A DNA stretch of 64,000 bases from a virus. Its lineage: Duplodnaviria; Caudoviricetes. Below are positions 4,757-17,493 of the stretch, piece after piece (the stretch's first letter is position 1; each line of letters begins with the position of its first letter). The notes beneath the pieces are model-generated. The model had not been told where the DNA came from, did no database searches, and worked only from the letters and a program-made list of their open reading frames with translations. The stretch is from IMG/VR virus record IMGVR_UViG_3300032303_001195, positions 28,157-92,156 of that record; one strand, written 5' to 3'. The position numbers and the translations under genes are program-made.

Positions 4757-4927
4757 TTAGCAATGCGACACGCCGATAAGTGAAAAAATAAAAAAAAGAA
4801 AGTTTTGGGGGTGTGTAGTGGTGTGCTCACTATAGTCGACCCCCCCATAGGCTATTTTTTCTGTATCGTTCATCTTTAAAAAATATTCAGATTTTCATCA
4901 AATCCAAAATAAAAAATTTTTCAGATT

Positions 4928-5041
4928 TTAGCCATACACAGATTTAAGAATCAGGATCACCAGGGTGTACGATAGGACAATAGCCACAGCACCTGCGAGG
5001 ATCAATCCGATATTTTTCAGGGCAGACAAAATCTTCGTCAT
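4928..5041 (-). CDS. small membrane protein (37 aa, MTKILSALKNIGLILAG...)
   Basis: Hand translation; ATGA coupling with the upstream gene. Confidence 0.6.
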   Translation of the reverse strand: MTKILSALKNIGLILAGAVAIVLSYTLVILILKSVYG

Positions 5042-5211
5042 GCTGTGATTGTTTCGGGGGTACGGTTAACAAGTCCATAATGCAAAGCCCATATAGTAAT
5101 AAGCTTGTATGAAACCTTCTGCTCTTTGCTGATAGCACGAACACTCTTGGTTTCTAGCTCTTTAGCGAGCCAATCTTTGTTTTCATAGTTTTTTACTTTG
5201 ACTGGATCCAT
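5038..5211 (-). CDS. small helix-turn-helix protein (57 aa, NYENKDWLAKELETKSVRAISKEQKVSYKLITIW)
   Basis: Hand translation; RBS AAGGAGAG; same pattern as 59823-59981. Confidence 0.75.
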   Translation of the reverse strand: MDPVKVKNYENKDWLAKELETKSVRAISKEQKVSYKLITIWALHYGLVNRTPETITA

Positions 5212-5221
5212 TATTCTCTCC

Positions 5222-5365
5222 TTAGAATGAGTCGGCGTCAGGAATTAAGTTTATGTCATGGCAAATGCAATATTCTGGATCTCCATTAAAGATGCAGACG
5301 CATTCTTCTGATTTGTTAAGGTTTAAAACTTCGGGGGTATCACAAGAACAATTACCATTACACAT
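5222..5365 (-). CDS. Cys-rich small protein (47 aa, MCNGNCSC...CVC...CIC)
   Basis: Hand translation; leaderless after a TATAAT -10. Confidence 0.6.
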   Translation of the reverse strand: MCNGNCSCDTPEVLNLNKSEECVCIFNGDPEYCICHDINLIPDADSF

Positions 5366-5378
5366 AGTAATAATTATA

Positions 5379-5573
5379 TCACCATTTACCAACAGGACAT
5401 GTAGCAGCTTCTAGCTTTGTTTTAAGCTTCATGAAGCATCCACACTTTGTACAAGAAACTGTTAGCTTATTCAAGAAAGGACATTCAAAACAAATTGCTA
5501 GTCTTTCTTTTTGTAATTCTTCTTTTGATCTAGGTTCATTTGGATTCAATAGGTCCCAAGGCTTAACACTCAT
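5379..5573 (-). CDS. small Cys-rich metal-binding protein (CFEC..CTKCGC..CPVGKW)
   Basis: ORF track; Cys pattern common in phages; leaderless after TGTTATACT. Confidence 0.8.
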   Translation of the reverse strand: MSVKPWDLLNPNEPRSKEELQKERLAICFECPFLNKLTVSCTKCGCFMKLKTKLEAATCPVGKW

Positions 5574-5977
5574 ATATCAAGTATAACACTTCGGATGGTT
5601 TATTTTTCGAGGGTATACAACAGCCAAAGGCTGTCTTGATCAAACACACATAGTGATAATTACTCTTGATCAAACATAAGAAATCCCCCTATACTAATAT
5701 AAGGGGAAATCTATTTGGGGGTTTGCTGGTTTCCGATTTGTTAATCAAACCTGAATGGCATGACTGGGGTCTTATCCAGGATATCACAAAAATCTCATAT
5801 CAGAGTAGCTCCGCTATCATACATATTTGTCTATTTGGATGTTTCATCTGTTTGGACATAGTGTATGGGGTACTTCTCGCCGCCGATTTTTACCGCCGAA
5901 CAATAGGAGCTTAATTAGTTATATGTTATAAACAGGGTGTGGATAACTTTATAAAATACCTGTATAATTATACTATT

Positions 5978-6280
5978 ATGCAGTGGTACGAATGGATTCC
6001 AATTCTATTAGGTATTATCGGTATAACCACAGCTATTCTTGCAGCAATCAGATTCTTTATCAAATATCATGTAAAAGAAGAGATGGAAGATATCAGGCAT
6101 GAACTCAAACCAAATGGTGGATCTTCAATAAAAGACCAAATAACCAGAGTTGAAGCCTCACAAAAAGATTTTGTAGAACGTCAACATCAAGATGATGCAA
6201 AGTTTGAAAAACGACTTGATAAACTTGAAAGTAAGATCGACGATGTGCTGAAGATTGTTATTGAGAAACTTTCTAGCTAG
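5978..6280 (+). CDS. single-TM coiled-coil membrane protein
   Basis: N-terminal TM helix then coiled coil; start reassigned to ATG 5978. Confidence 0.75.
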   Translation: MQWYEWIPILLGIIGITTAILAAIRFFIKYHVKEEMEDIRHELKPNGGSSIKDQITRVEASQKDFVERQHQDDAKFEKRLDKLESKIDDVLKIVIEKLSS

Positions 6281-6437
6281 GATTCTTTATCCTATATTCT
6301 TTCTAGCCTAATATTATTCTCTTCCCAATTATTACAATTATACACATACAATTACCGTTCTTGATATCAAAATCTCAAATATTTTATAACGATTTGATAA
6401 CAAATACATATCGTTACCAATATGTTATAATTGTTTT

Positions 6438-6495
6438 GACTAGTAACCAGGGTTTCTCTCTCACACCCACTTCCTTGGTTACTAGTCTTTTTGTT
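6438..6495 (+). ncRNA. candidate hairpin small RNA / terminator
   Basis: TGTTATAAT promoter at 6423-6431, 12-bp stem GACTAGTAACCA/TGGTTACTAGTC, CU-rich loop, U-tract. Confidence 0.45.
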
Positions 6496-6523
6496 TTAGA
6501 ATAAATGATATACTTATACTACT

Positions 6524-6909
6524 ATGAGTTTAAATTGTTGCCCCGAACCATTTGGTGCTGATCCTGCACAAATTACTTGGAATGTTGTTAGAGGAGATAC
6601 AGCATCTATTGTTATTCAGTTTTTAGAAAACGATGAAGTTACTTATACTGATACATCTGGTTGGGCTTATATAGCTACTGCTTATGATCAAAAAGCTGAT
6701 GCATATTATGAACTAGATGTACTTGAAGATTCAGGATTTGTAACTGTTACTGCATTACCTGCTGTGACTGAACAGTGGGGTACTGGTATTAAGTCTAAGG
6801 TAGCAGAATTATCATTTGATCTTCAAGTTACAACTAATGATGATATTGTTTGGACACCTGTTATTGGTGTGATTAATGTTATTGGTGACGTAACTGAGGT
6901 GACACTTTA

Positions 6910-6910
<1 letters not shown>
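6524..6910 (+). CDS. virion structural protein, BppU-like beta-sandwich
   Basis: V(V)RGDT start and FDLQVT...G.I.V..DVT end; precedes the fibre gene. Confidence 0.6.
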
Positions 6911-11882
<4,972 letters not shown>

Positions 11883-11883
<1 letters not shown>

Positions 11884-12878
11884 TGACTGGTCATTTAAAA
11901 GTTGGTGGTGCATGGAAATCTACTACAGCTATAAGTACTAAGGTATCTGGAGCCTGGAAAACAGTAACAGAAGGCTGGGTAAGAGTTGGTGGTGTTTGGA
12001 AAAAATGGTATCAACCGTTCACTGTTGACTTTCTAGTTATTGCAGGTGGTGGTAGTGGAGGTCAGTCTCAGACTCCTGCTGGTGTTGCTTCTGGTGGTGG
12101 AGGTGCTGGTGGATACAGAACATCTGTTGGAACATCTGGTGGAAGCTCATCTGCTGAGTCAGCAATAACATGTTTTTATGGTCAAACATATACCGTTACG
12201 GTTGGAGCAGGAGGAGCTGGACTCAACGCTGGTAATGGTAACAAGGGAAGTGACTCTAACTTTGGAGACTTAGTAGTTTCTACTGGTGGTGGTTTTGGGC
12301 GTAACGGTACAAATAACACTGGTGGGTCTGGTGGTTCGGCTGGTGGAAACGGTGTCGGTACAGGTGGAACTCCAGCAACAGTAACCTCTGGAACAACTGG
12401 TCAAGGAACATCTGGTGGTCTTGGATACAATGGCGGTTCAGCCTCTACAGTTGGTGCAGGTGGTGGTGGTGGAGCATCTACGTCTGGACTAAAAGATGCA
12501 ACAAGTACTAGAGCTGGTAACGGTGGAACAGGACTTGCTAACTCAATTACAACATTATCTGTAACTAGGGGTGGTGGTGGAGGAGGTGCTCCATCAACAG
12601 GCTCAACAACTTTTACTAATGGTACAGCTGGAACAGGTGGTGGATCTGCTGGTACAAGAAGTGCATCAAGCTCTAATGCAACTCAAAATACAGGTGGAGG
12701 TTCTGGTGGTTCTACTGGTTCAGGGTTTACTAGTGGTAATGGTGGCTCTGGTGTAGTGATTATTAGGTATCCAAACACCTTGCCAGCAGCTACATCAACA
12801 ACTGGATCTCCAGACATTACAAACACTGGAGGGTATAGAGTTTATGTATTTACAGGAGATGGGAGCATAACTTTCTAA
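11883..12878 (+). CDS. glycine-rich virion/fibre protein
   Basis: LVIAGGGSGG..GGGGAGG..GNGGSGVVIIRY pattern; TAATG coupling. Confidence 0.8.
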
Positions 12879-13132
12879 TGGCACACTTTGCACGACTTGA
12901 TGAAAATAATGTAGTTATTGCAGTTCATGTTGTTAATAATGACGTATTAGACCCAGACAACGAAGAAGCTTCGGGAATAGATTTTTTGACCGAACTGCAT
13001 GGTCACCAATGGTGGGTGCAGACATCTTACAATAGTAATTTTCGAGGAACATACGCTGGAGTTGGGTATACATACAACGAAGAGCAAGATATATTTATTG
13101 CTCCAGAACCTACAGAAGAAACTTTGTCGTAG
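12878..13132 (+). CDS. conserved hypothetical protein (MAHFA.LDENNVV type; fibre-associated)
   Basis: ORF track; coupled to the Gly-rich gene. Confidence 0.75.
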   Translation: MAHFARLDENNVVIAVHVVNNDVLDPDNEEASGIDFLTELHGHQWWVQTSYNSNFRGTYAGVGYTYNEEQDIFIAPEPTEETLS

Positions 13133-13152
13133 TTTGCTGTACAATAGACTTT

Positions 13153-14199
13153 ATGAAAATAGCAATTTACACTATAGCCTTAAATGAAGAACAGTTTATA
13201 GAAAAGTGGTACGAGTCTGCAAAGGATGCTGACTACTTACTTGTTGCAGATACTGGTTCTACTGACAATACCGTTGAAAAAGCAAAAGAGCTTGGTATTA
13301 ACGTTATCGGCATCTCAGTTAAGCCATGGAGATTTGACGTAGCAAGAAACGCATCTCTCGCACACATTCCAGCAGATATCGACTATTGCATTGCTCTTGA
13401 TATGGATGAAGTACTACTTCCTGGTTGGAGAGAAAAGCTAGAGGGTATGCTAGAAAAAGGAATTACTCGTCCAAGATATAAATATACATGGTCATGGAAT
13501 GAAGACGGTACACCAGGATTAGAGTATGGTGGCGACAAGATTCATGCAAGACATGGATATGTTTGGAAGCATCCTGTTCACGAAGTAATCGTTGCTGATC
13601 GAATTACTGAGGTGCAGTGTTGGAGTGATCTTGAGATTCATCATTATCCAGATCAATCAAAATCAAGAAGTCAGTATCTTCCACTTCTTGAGCTTTCTGT
13701 TAATGAAGATCCAACAGATGATAGAAATGCTTATTACTATGCTCGTGAACTATTTTTTGTCGGGGAATATGAAAAAGCAAACGAAGAATTTAAACGACAC
13801 CTATCTCTACCAAAAGCAGTATGGCAACCTGAACGTGCAGCATCAATGAGATACATTGCAAAATGTGGAATAGAAGATGCAGAATATTGGATTAAACTTG
13901 CTATTAAAGAAAGTCCTGGAAGAAGAGAGCCATTAGTTGAATTAGCACAATTATATTATAAAAATCAAGATTGGGAAAATTGCAAAATATACTGTTTAGC
14001 AGCTTTAGCTATTAAAGAAAAGCCACTAGATTATTTGTGTGAAGACTTTGCTTGGGGATATTTACCATATGACTTGCTTGCAATTTCTTACTATTATTTA
14101 GGTGATAAAGAGAATGCTTTAAAATATGGCAAAAAAGCATTTGAACTAAATAAGTCAGATCAAAGACTTATGAATAACTTATCTTTTTATAAAGGTTGA
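13153..14199 (+). CDS. family 2 glycosyltransferase with TPR repeats
   Basis: IALNEE, DTGSTD, F..ARN, LDMDE, WKHPVHE motifs; C-terminal TPRs. Confidence 0.9.
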   Translation: MKIAIYTIALNEEQFIEKWYESAKDADYLLVADTGSTDNTVEKAKELGINVIGISVKPWRFDVARNASLAHIPADIDYCIALDMDEVLLPGWREKLEGMLEKGITRPRYKYTWSWNEDGTPGLEYGGDKIHARHGYVWKHPVHEVIVADRITEVQCWSDLEIHHYPDQSKSRSQYLPLLELSVNEDPTDDRNAYYYARELFFVGEYEKANEEFKRHLSLPKAVWQPERAASMRYIAKCGIEDAEYWIKLAIKESPGRREPLVELAQLYYKNQDWENCKIYCLAALAIKEKPLDYLCEDFAWGYLPYDLLAISYYYLGDKENALKYGKKAFELNKSDQRLMNNLSFYKG

Positions 14200-14271
14200 A
14201 AAATACTAAAACGTCTGGTATATTAGAACGATACGTTGAAACTACGGGATGTCCCCCGATTGGAGTATTAC

Positions 14272-14850
14272 ATGTTACCTTTTATTTTTTCTAACCTTTT
14301 GGTTGCCGCAAATATTTTTATACCCTCGCCAGATGTGTGTGGGTCTATAACAAATCAAGAAATTGTTTATGAAAATACACAAACAATAGTTGCAACAGGA
14401 ATTGAACTAGACGCAACTCGTGGTCCTGGAATTTATACGCCCAACTTTATTTGGTCTGTAAATCACACAAAAATTGGAGAAGGATTTGGAGTTCCTCGTC
14501 CAGAAACAAATAGCATTCATATGGGATTAGATATTTTTCCTGGAGAAGGCTCAGAAATTCACGCATCTACAGATGGAACTGTTACCAAAGTAGAATATGG
14601 AACTGGTTCATATGGATATATGGTTGAAATTTATGACGGCTATGAATACTCGACACTCTATGCACATATGATTGCTGGTTCATTTGAGCAGTATGGAATT
14701 TCTGTGGGTACACAGGTAAAGCAAGGACAAGTTATTGGTCTTGTTGGTAGTACAGGACGATCATCTGCACCACATCTACATTTTGAAATTCATGATTTTG
14801 ATACTCAAGTAGATCCAGTTGCAGTCATGGCAAAATACGCAACAAACTAG
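14272..14850 (+). CDS. M23 family peptidase with N-terminal signal-like segment
   Basis: HMGLD, YAHM, GSTGRSSAPHLHFE. Confidence 0.9.
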   Translation: MLPFIFSNLLVAANIFIPSPDVCGSITNQEIVYENTQTIVATGIELDATRGPGIYTPNFIWSVNHTKIGEGFGVPRPETNSIHMGLDIFPGEGSEIHASTDGTVTKVEYGTGSYGYMVEIYDGYEYSTLYAHMIAGSFEQYGISVGTQVKQGQVIGLVGSTGRSSAPHLHFEIHDFDTQVDPVAVMAKYATN

Positions 14851-14883
14851 CATGTTATAATTAAATGAAGGAGAGTGATATTT

Positions 14884-15999
14884 ATGGGAATGAGAAACTC
14901 ATTCGAGGGTTATCCAATTACAGATGATTGGGCAGCCCACAAAGCAAGAGGTTCCCTCGGCGGTACTGACTTTGGTACACCAGTAGGAACACCAATCTAT
15001 GCACCTAATCCAGGTTATGTTTCATATGAAGCTGGCAATGGTTCTGGTGGATATATTATTACACTTGATCTAGGAAACAGTCCTGGATACAAGATGCAGT
15101 TTTTACACTGTTCCGCTTTTGAGGGCAGTGACAGAAATGTAAGCGAAGGCGAACTACTTGGATATACAGGTGGAGCAGCTGGAGCACCTGGAGCAGGTAG
15201 CTCAACAGGAGCACACGTACACGTACACTTAGTAGATCCAAACGGTGTTCGTGAAGACGTAATGCCTTGGTTTGACAATTCAACCCCTGGTTCAACCCCT
15301 AGTCCAGCACCAGCAAATGTTGACTATGTAGAAGTTCAAACACTTTTAGCACAGCGTGGGTACTACAAGGGAGATATCGACGGTCAGTTTGGACAACAGT
15401 CTTGGACAGCTGTTCAGACAGTATGTGCTGACTTCGGTTTCTATGATGCAACATACATTGATGGCGTTCCAGGTAAGAACACTTACATTGGTATGCAGAT
15501 GTATGCAGCTAAAAATGATAACTACCGTTACGACATCGATGGTATTCTTGGTCCAAACACTTGGGCTGGGTTTACACAGTCATTGCGTGAAGATGCTCCA
15601 AAGCCTACGGTTGCACCTGTTGTTGCACCTACAAAGCCACACACAGCTACAAAGCCTAAGCCAGTAACAAAGCCTAAGCCTGTTACTAAGACTAAGCCTA
15701 CAACGACAAAGCCAAATAAGGAGACAAAGCCTATGCCTACAATGAAGCCACTTCCTGCAGATGCAACAAATGCGTCACACGATGCTCTTGGAATTCTTAT
15801 TCCTAAAGCAAAGTACCGCCGACTTGCATATGCAATGTATGGTCTTGCTGCATTAGTTATCAGCAATGTTAGTGTTGCAATTATGGCTGGTGGAATTCAA
15901 GCACCAGTATGGTTGATCATGCTAACTGCTGTAGTTGGAAACCTCGCAGTTCCATTTACAACTCTTGCAATTGCAAACGCTTCTACTGCTCAAAAGTAA
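14884..15999 (+). CDS. endolysin (M23 + peptidoglycan-binding) fused to a C-terminal holin-like TM domain
   Basis: GTDFGTPVGTPIYAP..STGAHVHVH; repeated IDG..G..TW PG-binding motifs; P/T/K linker; two TM helices. Confidence 0.8.
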   Translation: MGMRNSFEGYPITDDWAAHKARGSLGGTDFGTPVGTPIYAPNPGYVSYEAGNGSGGYIITLDLGNSPGYKMQFLHCSAFEGSDRNVSEGELLGYTGGAAGAPGAGSSTGAHVHVHLVDPNGVREDVMPWFDNSTPGSTPSPAPANVDYVEVQTLLAQRGYYKGDIDGQFGQQSWTAVQTVCADFGFYDATYIDGVPGKNTYIGMQMYAAKNDNYRYDIDGILGPNTWAGFTQSLREDAPKPTVAPVVAPTKPHTATKPKPVTKPKPVTKTKPTTTKPNKETKPMPTMKPLPADATNASHDALGILIPKAKYRRLAYAMYGLAALVISNVSVAIMAGGIQAPVWLIMLTAVVGNLAVPFTTLAIANASTAQK

Positions 16000-16015
16000 A
16001 AGTTAATCAAAAGTC

Positions 16016-16048
16016 TACCCCTGGAGAAATCTGGGGGTATTCTTTTTG
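16016..16048 (+). terminator. intrinsic terminator
   Basis: TACCCCTGGA-GAAA-TCTGGGGGTA followed by TTCTTTTT. Confidence 0.75.
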
Positions 16049-16068
16049 GTTTATGGTATCATATTAAT

Positions 16069-17460
16069 ATGGCTATTAAGATGCAACAGCGTAGAGGAAC
16101 TACAGCTGAATGGAATGGTGTTGCTAGCACAGTAATATTGGCAGCAGGAGAAATTGGTTTTGTTACTTCAGGCGATGATGCTGGTAAGTTTAAGATTGGT
16201 GATGGAACAAAGACATGGAGTCAATTACCATTTTTTCAAAATGAAACAACACTTGGCTCAAATCTTCTTACAACATCTCCAGTAACAATTAGCCAAGATC
16301 CAGTAGGTGCTCAATATACAGTAGGATTTGATCAAACTGCACAAAATACTACAAATGATATCAGATATGCAAAATTAGAAGGAAATAATACTACTGCAAC
16401 GACCTTTGTTGCAAAAACAACAACTTCGATACCGCTGACTGTTAAAGGAACTGGTGTTCAAACTGGAAATTTGCAGGAATGGCAATCATCTGGATCAACA
16501 ACTCCATTAAGTAAAGTAGACTCAGCTGGTAATCTAACTGCAGCTACACTTGTCAGCAATGGAACTATTACAAGTACTGGCAATATTACTGCAGCAACAG
16601 CAACTGCATCAGCAGATAAACTTAGAGCAACAAATACAAGTGCAGATGCAAATGCATCAGATGCACCAATTGTTGCTGGAGATGTAGCTGGGGTACATAT
16701 TGGAATTTCTAAAAATGGAATTGCAGCAGTAAATAATACAGGAACTTCACCACTTAACGTTCAGCCATTTGGCGGCAATACCTTTATTAATAATGGTGCT
16801 GGTGGAAATGTTACTATTGGTACAGCTGGTACTTCAACTGTTACTATAAGTGGCACTCAGGCAACTATTGGTACTAGCACTACTACAATAAGTTCTCAAA
16901 CTATAAACATGGGAGATACAAGTGGTGGAGGACAAGCATATATTCTTGCAAATACTGTGGGGGTAGATGGAACTGCTTTAAACATAGGTACTTCAATGTC
17001 TACAAGCACTCTAAACATTGGACGAAGTGGAATTACTACTGCAATACAAGGACCTACAACAATTGCTGGTACACTGTCTGCAACTAATAAAATTGGTTAT
17101 ACACAAACTTCAAATACTGTCACACAAGGAACAAGCAAAACAACAGGTGTTACCTTAAATAACCTTTCTGGAACAATTACAACAGCTAATACAAGCTTGT
17201 CTGCCCTTGTTGTTGGTACATCACCAGCAATTACTTCTGGTGGCGTTGCGACATTTACTCTTACTAATTCATTTATTGCTGCAACAGATATTGTTTTAAT
17301 TTCGGTAGTTAGTGGTACAGCTAACTCAGCTAACGCTGCAGCATATGCCGTATCAGCTGTACCAGCAACAGGTTCTGCCGCTATTTCTATTCGAAATATT
17401 ACAGGTGGAGCACTAGCTGAAGCAGTTCAACTTAGATTTGTAGTAATTAAAACTACCTAA
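16069..17460 (+). CDS. fibre/spike protein with Mtd-N-like N-terminus
   Basis: QQRRGTTAEW..LAAGEIG..KFKIGDG; T/S/G-rich beta repeats. Confidence 0.75.
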   Translation: MAIKMQQRRGTTAEWNGVASTVILAAGEIGFVTSGDDAGKFKIGDGTKTWSQLPFFQNETTLGSNLLTTSPVTISQDPVGAQYTVGFDQTAQNTTNDIRYAKLEGNNTTATTFVAKTTTSIPLTVKGTGVQTGNLQEWQSSGSTTPLSKVDSAGNLTAATLVSNGTITSTGNITAATATASADKLRATNTSADANASDAPIVAGDVAGVHIGISKNGIAAVNNTGTSPLNVQPFGGNTFINNGAGGNVTIGTAGTSTVTISGTQATIGTSTTTISSQTINMGDTSGGGQAYILANTVGVDGTALNIGTSMSTSTLNIGRSGITTAIQGPTTIAGTLSATNKIGYTQTSNTVTQGTSKTTGVTLNNLSGTITTANTSLSALVVGTSPAITSGGVATFTLTNSFIAATDIVLISVVSGTANSANAAAYAVSAVPATGSAAISIRNITGGALAEAVQLRFVVIKTT

Positions 17461-17493
17461 TGCTTACTATGCTAAAATAGATTGTGAAACATT

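Larger units (their letters stand above)
1950..4775 (+). repeat. CGACACGCCG boxes (8 copies; WhiA-type GACAC motif)
   Basis: GACACGCC at 1951, 2346, 2840, 2943, 3484, 3780, 4465, 4767, same orientation, all intergenic. Confidence 0.75.

Noticed and set aside
227-4775. CRISPR array or integron interpretation of the repeats
   Set aside because: The repeats are short motifs separated by whole genes at irregular spacing. I found no constant repeat-spacer period, no attC-like R/L box hairpins and no integrase in the window.
4944-5144. 66-aa ORF-track call
   Set aside because: Two overlapping hand-translated ORFs (5038-5211 HTH with RBS, and 4928-5041 coupled by ATGA) explain the region better.
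5053-5340. Repeated TTCGGGGGTA motif
   Set aside because: Both copies fall within minus-strand coding sequence (ACC CCC GAA, Thr-Pro-Glu) and are likely coincidental.
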